Shown here: positions 9,058 through 17,586 of the stretch, piece after piece
Layout: every line of letters begins with the position of its first letter
Numbering within the stretch: position 1 is the first letter of the stretch
Origin: an uncultured virus (IMG/VR IMGVR_UViG_3300037455_001519)
Lineage: Duplodnaviria; Heunggongvirae; Uroviricota; Caudoviricetes
Virus record (IMG/VR): IMGVR_UViG_3300037455_001519
Direction: 5' to 3' (one strand)
Length of the DNA stretch: 20,000 bases
Notes under the pieces: generated by a model
What the model saw: only the letters and a program-made list of their open reading frames with translations
What the model was told of the DNA's origin: nothing
Databases searched by the model: none
Position numbers and translations under genes: made by a program

Positions 9058-9118
9058 GTGCATATTAAAATAAAAAAAATATAAAATATATTATAAAAAC
9101 ATTGGGAGGTAAATGCTT

Positions 9119-9259
9119 ATGGATGATAATACAAACACTATTTTTATGATAATAGTAGGAGTTATTATTTTATGTTTGATTGTAATATTATTTAGAGATA
9201 ATATTGGAGATTTAATTTCTGGAGCATTGGGTTCTCCTAATACTTATCAAACGCATTAA
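9119..9259 (+). CDS. Small Flp-pilin-like membrane protein (46 aa)
   Basis: Not in ORF track. RBS GGGAGGT; MDDNTNTIFMIIVGVIILCLIVILFRDNIGDLISGALGSPNTYQTH. Hydrophobic helix followed by FRDNIGDLI amphipathic segment, as in Flp1-like pilins. Confidence 0.7.
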   Translation: MDDNTNTIFMIIVGVIILCLIVILFRDNIGDLISGALGSPNTYQTH

Positions 9260-9289
9260 AAAAAGAGATACAAAAATATCTCTTTTTTT
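9258..9289. terminator. Bidirectional intrinsic terminator
   Basis: AAAAAAAGAGATA-caaaaa-TATCTCTTTTTTT. Confidence 0.8.
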
Positions 9290-9293
9290 ATAT

Positions 9294-9689
9294 TTAAATA
9301 TAATTATTGACAAAAGAATTAAATAAATGTTTGTCATTTATAAATATATTTTTATAAATATCTTCACATTCCAAGATGTATCCATTTTTTATTTTATCAA
9401 TGTAAATATCATTGTTTAATTCCTCTTGTAAAATATAGTCTATTTCTTGTGTAGTTAAATCGTTTTTTAAAGTTATTGAAAAATCAAGTGGAATATTATA
9501 ATATTTAGCTACACTTTCAATAGTATACCCTTTAGTATATAAATAATCACTAAATTCATTTCGATTTGTAATTAAAACGAATAATGTAGGATTTTTTATT
9601 AAGTTAAATTTACGTTTTAACAAATTAGACTTTATAATTGTATCCATAAAATCCCTACTCATTTTTACTTTTAAAAAATTATAATCCAT
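9294..9689 (-). CDS. Hypothetical protein
   Basis: Likely start ATG 9689 (MDYNFLK) after GGAGGGG RBS. No recognisable motif. Confidence 0.6.
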   Translation of the reverse strand: MDYNFLKVKMSRDFMDTIIKSNLLKRKFNLIKNPTLFVLITNRNEFSDYLYTKGYTIESVAKYYNIPLDFSITLKNDLTTQEIDYILQEELNNDIYIDKIKNGYILECEDIYKNIFINDKHLFNSFVNNYI

Positions 9690-9865
9690 ATTTTCCCCTC
9701 CAAACATTAATATTTTACAATTTAGAGAAATTGATAATAAAAATTGAAGCATTTTTAATCTTAAAATATTAATAAACCCTTATTTTAAAGGGCAATGAGT
9801 TATATTTTTATTATTTTACAATATAATAACATTGTGTGTGATTTTCTTTCTAGGGGGAGATAAAT

Positions 9866-10699
9866 ATGGAAGAAAAGAGGGAAAGATATTCAAGCAGAAT
9901 CGCTTGTTACAATAATATATATAATACGTCTAATGTGCCTTTTTGGGTATATTCAAACGTAATAGATAATTTTATGACAATGTTAGGAAATGTCGATGAA
10001 TATACAGAATATCATTGCTTTAGAGTAGCAACATTAACTAGCTTAATGTTAGAATTTGCAATAAATGCTCAAATAAATGAAGAAATTAATCAATTAAATA
10101 ATCTTCAATGCAAAGATATCGTATATGGAGCTTATGTACACGACATTGGAAAAGCACAAGTACCAAGTTATATCTTAAGAGATAAAGAAAAATTAACAGA
10201 AGATGAATGGGTAGCATTAAAGGCGCATCCTGTAAATGGTGCATTTATGTTTTTGGGCCCAGGATTTGAAACTATCAGAGAAACTATACTTGGACATCAC
10301 GAAAGATTTGATGGAAATGGATATCCAATGGGAGATTGTGGAAAACAAATCGCATTAGGAGCACGTTTAGTTTGCGTATGTGATTCTTTAGATGCAATGA
10401 CAGACAAAAGACCATATCAAAATAATCAACCATTAACATTAGAAGAAGCATTGGTCGAAATAAACAAATTTGCTGAAACGCAATTTGACCCAGATATTGT
10501 AAATATATTAAATGAACTCGTAAAAACTAAAGAATTCCAAGAATATTGGAATAATAGAAAAAATAAAGAATATTTAAAATTAGAATCAGAAAGAATTAAA
10601 AATTGGTTATATAATAAAGACCAACTTGAAGAAAAAATAAAAGTAGAAGAAAGAAATGTCGCAGTGATGAGAAAAATTTTAAATATAAAAAAGAGCTAA
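9866..10699 (+). CDS. Stand-alone HD-GYP domain cyclic-dinucleotide phosphodiesterase
   Basis: YTEYHCFRVA, HDIGK, HP..GA, HHERFDGNGYPMG, ARLVCVCDSLDAMTDKRPY, TQFDP: all HD-GYP motifs intact. Confidence 0.92.
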   Translation: MEEKRERYSSRIACYNNIYNTSNVPFWVYSNVIDNFMTMLGNVDEYTEYHCFRVATLTSLMLEFAINAQINEEINQLNNLQCKDIVYGAYVHDIGKAQVPSYILRDKEKLTEDEWVALKAHPVNGAFMFLGPGFETIRETILGHHERFDGNGYPMGDCGKQIALGARLVCVCDSLDAMTDKRPYQNNQPLTLEEALVEINKFAETQFDPDIVNILNELVKTKEFQEYWNNRKNKEYLKLESERIKNWLYNKDQLEEKIKVEERNVAVMRKILNIKKS

Positions 10700-10712
10700 T
10701 TAATAGCTCTTT
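10687..10712. terminator. Bidirectional intrinsic terminator
   Basis: AAAGAGCTA-attaa-TAGCTCTTT between convergent genes. Confidence 0.75.
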
Positions 10713-10718
10713 ATTTTT

Positions 10719-11165
10719 TTATTCAAAATCAAGAAGACTTTCGTCGCATTGTACTTCATTTTCTGAAAGGCCGTCTAAATCAAAACTAACTAAAGTAGAC
10801 ATACGATATTTTACATTAATCAAAATTTCTGATAAATATTTAATAAGTTCTTCTTTACTAGTAAAGGAAACTGTTTGAAATTTTATTTTATAATTTCTAT
10901 TTGTTCTAATGTTGTTGTTTTTGTCTAAACTTTGATTTTCTTCCATAAAAATTTGATATGCATAACCGCTATATACCACGTCAGGATTCATAACATTATC
11001 TATACCAAATTCAGTAGATACTTTATCCAAAATTTCATCAATTTTTTTTGAGATTAATTTAGGATATCTATTAGAAATTTCATTAATTTGTAAACTATAA
11101 TTATTGTCAATTTGAACAGCTATTAAATTTTCATCTGAATATAATATATTATTCATAATTTTCAT
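10719..11165 (-). CDS. Hypothetical protein
   Basis: 148 aa ORF; true start possibly ATG 11156 given AGGAG spacing. Own promoter upstream. Confidence 0.6.
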   Translation of the reverse strand: MKIMNNILYSDENLIAVQIDNNYSLQINEISNRYPKLISKKIDEILDKVSTEFGIDNVMNPDVVYSGYAYQIFMEENQSLDKNNNIRTNRNYKIKFQTVSFTSKEELIKYLSEILINVKYRMSTLVSFDLDGLSENEVQCDESLLDFE

Positions 11166-11192
11166 CTCCTAATATTGATATTTATTAATATA

Positions 11193-11221
11193 ATTATAGC
11201 ATATATATATAGTATGTGCAA
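11193..11221 (-). promoter_or_regulatory. sigmaA promoter
   Basis: Minus strand TTGCAC-N17-TATAAT with TG extended -10. Confidence 0.65.
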
Positions 11222-11297
11222 ATAAAAGATGTTTTATAAAAAAGAAAAGTAGAAGAATTTATATAAAAATATTATATAATAAAAAAGAGGTGAGCCT

Positions 11298-12071
11298 ATG
11301 AAAAAGAAAATATATATACTGATGGCAATCTGTGTACTATTATTAACAGTAACCGGTTGTGGAAAACAAGATAACAATAATAAACAAAATAATAATTCTC
11401 AAAACAAAATAAATATAGAAACGAGCGAAAGTGAAAATTATGAAGTTTTTACCAAAATGTCTATTAATGATTTATATGATGCTACGTGGTCAGATAATTC
11501 ATTCTTCGTTTTATACTATGATGGTTCTGAAGCTTCTGAGTTACTAAAAAAAGAAGTAGAAAAATTAGGTCATAAATACAAATGGAACATTTATTTAATA
11601 GATATAAATGAATTATATGAAGAAAAATTAAAAGAAAAAGACGTAATAGCCGAAATAGACTTAGAAAAACAAACGTTTATAGAAAAATATTGTAAATATA
11701 TCGAAATCAATGAAAGCAATATAAATTTATACAGTGAAGATGAAATTGAAACAAAAGATGGAAAACAAGTTGTCTTTGAATGTTCTGCTAAAGTTGCAAA
11801 AGAAAAAGACCCAGAAATTAATATAGAAGAAAATGAAATTCCAATGTATTCTTGCAATACCTGTGAAAAAGTAAAACGAGAAATATTAAATAGTTTAAAC
11901 ACAGAATATGGAACAGATTTAGTATATTATCAAGAAGGAGATATCGCTGCAAGTCTTGACGGATATTTACCTGATGGATATCAATCTTTAAACTATTCTG
12001 AAAAGAATTCTTTAATCGAAGAATCTAACGATAATCTAGAAACTTGGTTTAAAGAAATAATTGAAGCATAA
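11298..12071 (+). CDS. Lipoprotein with degenerate thioredoxin-like fold
   Basis: Lipobox LTVTGC. FFVLYYDGSEASELLK...IYLIDI and TDLVYYQEGD resemble thioredoxin-fold elements with SEAS in place of CxxC. Confidence 0.6.
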   Translation: MKKKIYILMAICVLLLTVTGCGKQDNNNKQNNNSQNKINIETSESENYEVFTKMSINDLYDATWSDNSFFVLYYDGSEASELLKKEVEKLGHKYKWNIYLIDINELYEEKLKEKDVIAEIDLEKQTFIEKYCKYIEINESNINLYSEDEIETKDGKQVVFECSAKVAKEKDPEINIEENEIPMYSCNTCEKVKREILNSLNTEYGTDLVYYQEGDIAASLDGYLPDGYQSLNYSEKNSLIEESNDNLETWFKEIIEA

Positions 12072-12073
12072 AT

Positions 12074-12106
12074 AAAAAAACTAGCTAATACAGCTAGTTT
12101 TCTTTT
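12074..12106. terminator. Bidirectional intrinsic terminator
   Basis: AAAACTAGCT-aatac-AGCTAGTTTT. Confidence 0.8.
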
Positions 12107-12849
12107 GAATATTTTTGAGGATTCTGTAATTGGTCAAGAGTTTGATTTTTTTCAGATTCATTGTTTACAACAATTACAGCACCTATATATTCTTTATTAT
12201 TTAATTTAATGCTATATGTGTATATTCCAGGTGTTGAAATATCAACATTTTCGGTATTTATTGTTAATTTATTTAACATATTTTTCGAAATATTTTCTTC
12301 TATATAAGCATCATACTGATTAGGTAACATTGTATTTTTAACTAATACAATGTTTTTTAATGTAATATTGTCAATTACTTGCTCTTCAACTGATTTAGAG
12401 TCATTAGAATTAAAATATCTAATTAAAGTATAAGTATTTCCAACAATCAAGAATAACATTAACACAATAAATATTATATAAATTTTCTTTTTATTTGATG
12501 GATTACTTTCTCTTATTTCGAACGATTTATTAGTTTTTTCATTAGTAACAATGAATTTCTTTTTTTCACTAATTAAATCTTCAATAAAATCAAAATCTAA
12601 TTCCTGTTTATTGGCCAGATTTTTTATTTTAAGATTTGAAATAATCGTTTTAGCTTTTATTTCATCAATAACAACAGGTGAAATATTTTTTTCTTTATAA
12701 ATCTTAAGAAGCGTTGAAGGAGCCCACTCTTCCGTAACCTTATCAAAACAATACTCGTCATCATCAATTACTTTTATTAAAGTATCATTTCTGAATAAAT
12801 AATATGTTACTTTAGGAGAAATGTCTGTCATTGGAGTGAATTCTTCCAT
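12094..12849 (-). CDS. Single-pass membrane protein with C-terminal Ig-like domain
   Basis: Central TM (IYIIFIVLMLFLIVG). C-terminal NVDISTPGIYTYSIKLNNKEYIGAVIV is typical of bacterial Ig-like repeats. RBS AGGAGGTG. Confidence 0.6.
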   Translation of the reverse strand: MEEFTPMTDISPKVTYYLFRNDTLIKVIDDDEYCFDKVTEEWAPSTLLKIYKEKNISPVVIDEIKAKTIISNLKIKNLANKQELDFDFIEDLISEKKKFIVTNEKTNKSFEIRESNPSNKKKIYIIFIVLMLFLIVGNTYTLIRYFNSNDSKSVEEQVIDNITLKNIVLVKNTMLPNQYDAYIEENISKNMLNKLTINTENVDISTPGIYTYSIKLNNKEYIGAVIVVNNESEKNQTLDQLQNPQKYSKEN

Positions 12850-12869
12850 TATTTTTCACCTCCTATTTA

Positions 12870-14363
12870 TTAATTTCTTTCAAAAACATAAATATTTAAT
12901 TCTGTATCAATAGCATTTTGTTCTTTTACTTGGTCGCTCATATCAGCAGCCTTTACTAAACTACAAGGAGTAATTTCATTTCTTGTAGCAAAATCTTCTT
13001 TATGATTAACATATTTTGTTTTAAAAATATTTAAAATTTTATTATATGTCATATCATCAAGTTTTTCATATCCTTCTTTTTCAAATTGTAAATAGCATCC
13101 TTTACCCCAAGAATAAATATTATCGCATTCTTCAAATAAAGGCATTATTGCTTTTACAACATCTTCAAAAAGAATACCATTGTTTACATCAATTTGTGTA
13201 ACATCTGTTCTTTCCTTGCAATAAGGAGAAAGCTTAGTAAATTTCATAGGTTTAACATACCAAAAATATTTTTCAGCATTTAAATCATTATCAACTAAAG
13301 TTAATTCTAATTTTATAGTTTCAGGAACTTCCTTAGCTCTTGGGTCTTTAGGATTAAATAAAGTTGGTATAACATTTAATAAAATATCTTTATTTTTAGC
13401 TGTTACATTTTTTAATTCTGGTAAAATATTGTTATTAGTAATATTGATATTTTGTACTTCTTCTATTTTTTCAGGTTCAGCTGTTTGTATAGTAATATCT
13501 GATGCTAATTGATTGTCAACTTTGATTTCTTCTTCTTTGTTTTCATCAATTTCACTTTGCTTTTCATTATCTACAACTTCCTTTGAAATAGATTGAGTTT
13601 TAATTACTTGTTTTTGATTTTGTTTCTTATTTTTCTTAGAAATTATTATTGCAATTACGATAATAATTAAAATAGCTAGACAGATAGCTGAAATACCTCC
13701 TATAAATAATATTTGAGAATTACTTAAATTAAACATTCTTTTGTTACCTCCTACATTATAATTTAAAGTGTATTTTTCTGCTCCCCAGATTCCAGATAAA
13801 GATTTTTGTGCGCTCTCTTGATTTTTATATAAAATATCATAATATTTTTCACAAGTTGAATATTTACAAATATCAGTATCTAATTTTGCAATTCCTTCTG
13901 AGATTAATTCGTTTTGAAACAAAGAATTATTTGTCCATACCCAAACTTGTATTTCGTGATTTTTATTATATAAGTTGCTTGTTTCATCTTTTTCTAGAAT
14001 TAAATAATTACTTCTTAATAATCTTGTAAAAATTTCTTTATCAAAATTATTTAAAGTTTCTTCTTTATTTTCAATATTTGTTGCAATATCTATTCCAAAT
14101 AATGTGATATCAAATTCTTGATTCTGATATTTAACTGTAAAAGTGTCAATATCTTTCATACCTACAACAGAAACCATTATTGGTTTAGACCAATCTATTT
14201 TATCTCCGCTAACTTGAACGGTTGTAGTTGTCTTACCGGTAATATTACTTGGTAAGTCTACTTCTTTTGTGGTAGTTGTAAGCGATTTAAGGTTAGCAGC
14301 TAACACATTGCTTGGAAAAAGAATTACAGACAAAAATATTAAATAGATAAATATTTTTTTCAT
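12870..14363 (-). CDS. Membrane protein: thermonuclease-like domain, TM and DEDDh exonuclease-like domain (both degenerate)
   Basis: Signal peptide. SNase-like DIDTFTV..ITLFGID..FQNELISEGIA..QESAQKSLSGIW. TM. KapD/ERI1-like YVKP...LSPYCKERTDVTQIDVNNGILFEDV...SWG. Confidence 0.7.
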   Translation of the reverse strand: MKKIFIYLIFLSVILFPSNVLAANLKSLTTTTKEVDLPSNITGKTTTTVQVSGDKIDWSKPIMVSVVGMKDIDTFTVKYQNQEFDITLFGIDIATNIENKEETLNNFDKEIFTRLLRSNYLILEKDETSNLYNKNHEIQVWVWTNNSLFQNELISEGIAKLDTDICKYSTCEKYYDILYKNQESAQKSLSGIWGAEKYTLNYNVGGNKRMFNLSNSQILFIGGISAICLAILIIIVIAIIISKKNKKQNQKQVIKTQSISKEVVDNEKQSEIDENKEEEIKVDNQLASDITIQTAEPEKIEEVQNINITNNNILPELKNVTAKNKDILLNVIPTLFNPKDPRAKEVPETIKLELTLVDNDLNAEKYFWYVKPMKFTKLSPYCKERTDVTQIDVNNGILFEDVVKAIMPLFEECDNIYSWGKGCYLQFEKEGYEKLDDMTYNKILNIFKTKYVNHKEDFATRNEITPCSLVKAADMSDQVKEQNAIDTELNIYVFERN

Positions 14364-14411
14364 TGTCTTATCTCCTTCGGTTAATTTTTATATTAAATAT
14401 CTGCAGTAATA

Positions 14412-14930
14412 TTAAAACTCTATAATAGAAAGTTTATTTTCAATAAGAGTTTTTTGTATATCGATAATTCTTTGATTAGTAGACCCTCTATATAAACAAT
14501 CAAAGCTTTTTTGTTTTAAAATAAAAGGTCCTTCAACTAATACATCAATATATTGCATTTTGTTTTTAATAAAATTTGGAATTTTTTCATAAACAAATCC
14601 AGTGTAAACCCAAACGTTTAACCCAAGCTCTTTACAATATTGAGTTAATTCACTTAAGGCGTCGATTTGATAAAGTGGGTCTCCGCCAGAAAAAGTTATT
14701 CCATCATAAATACCTTCGTCACATATTTTCTTAATTTCTTTTTTAACATCGATTATTTCTACATCTTCGCCAGCAGCAAAAGATTGTGTTTGTGGATTGT
14801 GACATCCGGGGCAAGCGTGTTGACATCCTTGAAACCACACAACAAATCTAAGTCCTGGTCCATCAACAATAGAATCCAGTGTAATATATTCACTAGGCTT
14901 ATCAGATATTAACTTTACTTTCGTTCTCAA
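14412..14930 (-). CDS. nrdG: Anaerobic ribonucleoside-triphosphate reductase activating protein (radical SAM)
   Basis: DSIVDGPGLRFVVWFQGCQHACPGCHNPQT, GITFSGGDP, WVYTGF, DVLVEGPF, RGSTNQRIID. TTG start with GAGGTG RBS. Confidence 0.95.
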   Translation of the reverse strand: MRTKVKLISDKPSEYITLDSIVDGPGLRFVVWFQGCQHACPGCHNPQTQSFAAGEDVEIIDVKKEIKKICDEGIYDGITFSGGDPLYQIDALSELTQYCKELGLNVWVYTGFVYEKIPNFIKNKMQYIDVLVEGPFILKQKSFDCLYRGSTNQRIIDIQKTLIENKLSIIEF

Positions 14931-15009
14931 TTAATATCACCTCATAAAATATTTAATACTTTATATTATATATATTTTTTTATATGAAAAATCTAGTTTT
15001 TTGTATAAA

Positions 15010-15040
15010 TAAAAACACTTATATGTGTATAAGTGTCTTT
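15010..15040 (-). terminator. Intrinsic terminator after lepB
   Basis: AAAAACACTTATA-tgtg-TATAAGTGT hairpin with minus-strand U-tract. Confidence 0.7.
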
Positions 15041-15041
15041 A

Positions 15042-15515
15042 TTAAAATCCAAATAGCATTTTACCTTTAAGTTGACTCTTATTAATTACACCTTGCATTC
15101 TTGAATCATAACTATTATTTCTATTATCACCCATTAAGAAGTATTCATCTTCGCCTAATGTAATTTGTTTCATATCTTTTGTAATCATTTCTTCTTTTAT
15201 GTAAGTTTCTTGAATTTCTGTTCCGTTAACATAAACTTTATTATCTTTAATTTCGATTGTGTCGCCAGGAACAGCTATAATTCTTTTAATAATTAATAGA
15301 GTTTCATTGGTAGTCTTTTTAGTTATTTTGGCTACAACAATATCATTTCTTTTATAGTTAACTAATTGTTTTTGAACAAATATCAATTGATTGTCGCGTA
15401 AAGTACTATCCATTGAATGTCCATCTACTCTAGCAAATCCTAAAAACATAGATATAATTATAGCAGCTACAAAACCTACAATAATTTCTATTGGAAAATT
15501 CTTAATTTTTTTCAT
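15042..15515 (-). CDS. lepB: Signal peptidase I
   Basis: VDGHSMDSTL (catalytic Ser), IIKRIIAVPGD (catalytic Lys), GDNRNNSYDSR; single N-terminal TM. Confidence 0.95.
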   Translation of the reverse strand: MKKIKNFPIEIIVGFVAAIIISMFLGFARVDGHSMDSTLRDNQLIFVQKQLVNYKRNDIVVAKITKKTTNETLLIIKRIIAVPGDTIEIKDNKVYVNGTEIQETYIKEEMITKDMKQITLGEDEYFLMGDNRNNSYDSRMQGVINKSQLKGKMLFGF

Positions 15516-15592
15516 TTTATATCATCTCTCTTTTCGTTTTTTTCAAAACTTTTCGAGAAATAATATTAAATTTCTTTTTCTTATCTAATTAC

Positions 15593-15621
15593 ATTATACC
15601 ACTTTACATTTTTTTTGTCAA
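15593..15621 (-). promoter_or_regulatory. Consensus sigmaA promoter for lepB
   Basis: Minus strand TTGACA-N17-TATAAT with TG extended -10. Confidence 0.8.
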
Positions 15622-15696
15622 CTATTTTTTAAAAATGTAAAATATTTAACACTTTTTCTCGAAAGATACACCTTCTTTACTATTAATATATGTAAA

Positions 15697-15730
15697 TAAA
15701 AATGTAATATACATAGTATTTACATTTTTA
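15697..15730 (-). terminator. Probable intrinsic terminator
   Basis: TAAAAATGTAA...TTACATTTTTA inverted repeat just past the stop of ORF 15738-16598. Confidence 0.5.
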
Positions 15731-15737
15731 TTTATAA

Positions 15738-16598
15738 TTACTCATCATATTTAAATTTAGATTGTATATCAGTATATTGATATACCTGTTCTTCATTTGT
15801 TAATTCAGCAGGAACATAAGTTTCAATAGTTGGAAAATCTTCTGTTAAAAAGATTTCCATATTTAAATTTTTATTAATTTTAGTATTTAATTCCTCATCT
15901 AGCACTCTATTATTAGTAAATTTTTTCAAAGTTTTATTATATTGAGTGTATAAAGCATCTAATTTTAATTTATTTTCATACTTAGCATCCATTAAATCTT
16001 CATATTTTGCTTTATCTTTTTTTGCTAAATCAATAGACATAATTCCTGCTTTTTGTAAAATACTTTTTTTATGACTTTTTTTATCTATTTCTAGGTAAAG
16101 ATTATTAATAGTTTCATTGTCTTTATTATAATCCGCTTCTAATTCTTTTACCTTATTTATAATATCTATTAATTCACTATTAGATGCCATAGAATATTCT
16201 CTATTAAATACATCTAAATCGCCATAATATGTTTCATCATAATATATACTCAATGGGCTATAATCTCCATTAAACACTTTATCATTCCAATCGAATTCTA
16301 AATTAGAATTTTCTAAAGTTTCTTTTAAATAATCTATTAAATTATAATAAATAGCATTATAAAAATGAGATAACCCTACAGCACCATATTTTTTATCGAT
16401 TTCTTGAAGAAAATATGCTAAAAAATCAGTATCTTCACTTAAACGGTTATATAATTGTTCTTGTTCTTTTAAGGAAATAGGTTGTAAACTAAAAAGAATA
16501 GTCTTTTCAAATCCATATTTAGAAAACAATGATATATAATAATTACATTTTTCCTTGCAATCATTTAAAAGAACTGAAATATCGGTTAAATTATCCAT
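15738..16598 (-). CDS. Hypothetical protein with coiled-coil region
   Basis: 286 aa, RBS GAGGTG, heptad-like central/C-terminal segment. Confidence 0.65.
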   Translation of the reverse strand: MDNLTDISVLLNDCKEKCNYYISLFSKYGFEKTILFSLQPISLKEQEQLYNRLSEDTDFLAYFLQEIDKKYGAVGLSHFYNAIYYNLIDYLKETLENSNLEFDWNDKVFNGDYSPLSIYYDETYYGDLDVFNREYSMASNSELIDIINKVKELEADYNKDNETINNLYLEIDKKSHKKSILQKAGIMSIDLAKKDKAKYEDLMDAKYENKLKLDALYTQYNKTLKKFTNNRVLDEELNTKINKNLNMEIFLTEDFPTIETYVPAELTNEEQVYQYTDIQSKFKYDE

Positions 16599-16703
16599 AA
16601 AATCACCTCATAAAACATTTTACAATAAAATAGTATTTTATATTAACAAAAAACTCAATAAGCAAAAAGAAAAATGTATAAAATAGGTCAGAAGGTGAAA
16701 ACT

Positions 16704-17537
16704 ATGAATGAAAGTATTTTTTATATAGATTATTGTTTAGATATATATTCAAAATTAAAAATTTGGGATGGTGAAATTAAAAAATATAATCCAAATACCG
16801 GAAGATTTGAAACAATTGAAGACAATAAGAAAATTTTCAAAAATAATGCTATAGAAATAGATTTGGATTCAGTAAGAAATATTATTAAAAATATGATTCA
16901 CTCAGAATATAGCAACTGTTTAGAAGAAAATGATGAAAAATGGTTGGATAGATATGAAAAAGAATCGAAAAAAAGACCTGAATTATTAAATAATCAAGAA
17001 TTAATGTTTAATTATCTAGTTTTGAAATCCAAGTTAGCTGGTTTAGATGAAGAAATAGCTTGTCAATTATATGGATATTATTTTAAATCAAAAAATGAAA
17101 GTGATATTAAATTACAAACAATTCCTGAAATTTTAGCAGTCTTAGAAAATTTTATAAATAACAAAAAATATTGGATACCAGATATTACAAATGAACTTAA
17201 TAAAGAGTTTTCTATTATAGACGATATTATGGTAAAAAGAATGTCTACAGTAACTTTTGATTTTTCATTTTTCGAATCGAGATATTTAGGAATCTGTAAT
17301 AACGGATATTTAAAAAGAATATATGAATATAATAACAAAATATCAAAATATGTTAAAAAGGAACAAACATTAGAAGAGCTAAAACCTTTCTTGCTTAAAT
17401 ATTACAAAAAGAAAACGAATGAATTTATGGATATTTTAACTGAAAAGTATGAATATTTCAGAAGCAATGTAGCTAGTAGAGCTATGATATATAAAAATAT
17501 GGAAGAAATCATTAAATATTCTATGAGATTTTGGTAA
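16704..17537 (+). CDS. Hypothetical protein
   Basis: ORF open from 16674; ATG 16704 follows an AAGGTGA RBS. Followed by a terminator. Confidence 0.65.
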   Translation: MNESIFYIDYCLDIYSKLKIWDGEIKKYNPNTGRFETIEDNKKIFKNNAIEIDLDSVRNIIKNMIHSEYSNCLEENDEKWLDRYEKESKKRPELLNNQELMFNYLVLKSKLAGLDEEIACQLYGYYFKSKNESDIKLQTIPEILAVLENFINNKKYWIPDITNELNKEFSIIDDIMVKRMSTVTFDFSFFESRYLGICNNGYLKRIYEYNNKISKYVKKEQTLEELKPFLLKYYKKKTNEFMDILTEKYEYFRSNVASRAMIYKNMEEIIKYSMRFW

Positions 17538-17553
17538 TACCAAAGTCTTTTTT
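17526..17553 (+). terminator. Intrinsic terminator
   Basis: AGATTTTGGT-aat-ACCAAAGTCT-TTTTT; insulates the downstream ncRNA from the upstream gene. Confidence 0.75.
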
Positions 17554-17586
17554 ATTATTAGTTTAAAATACAAGTATAATATTAAC

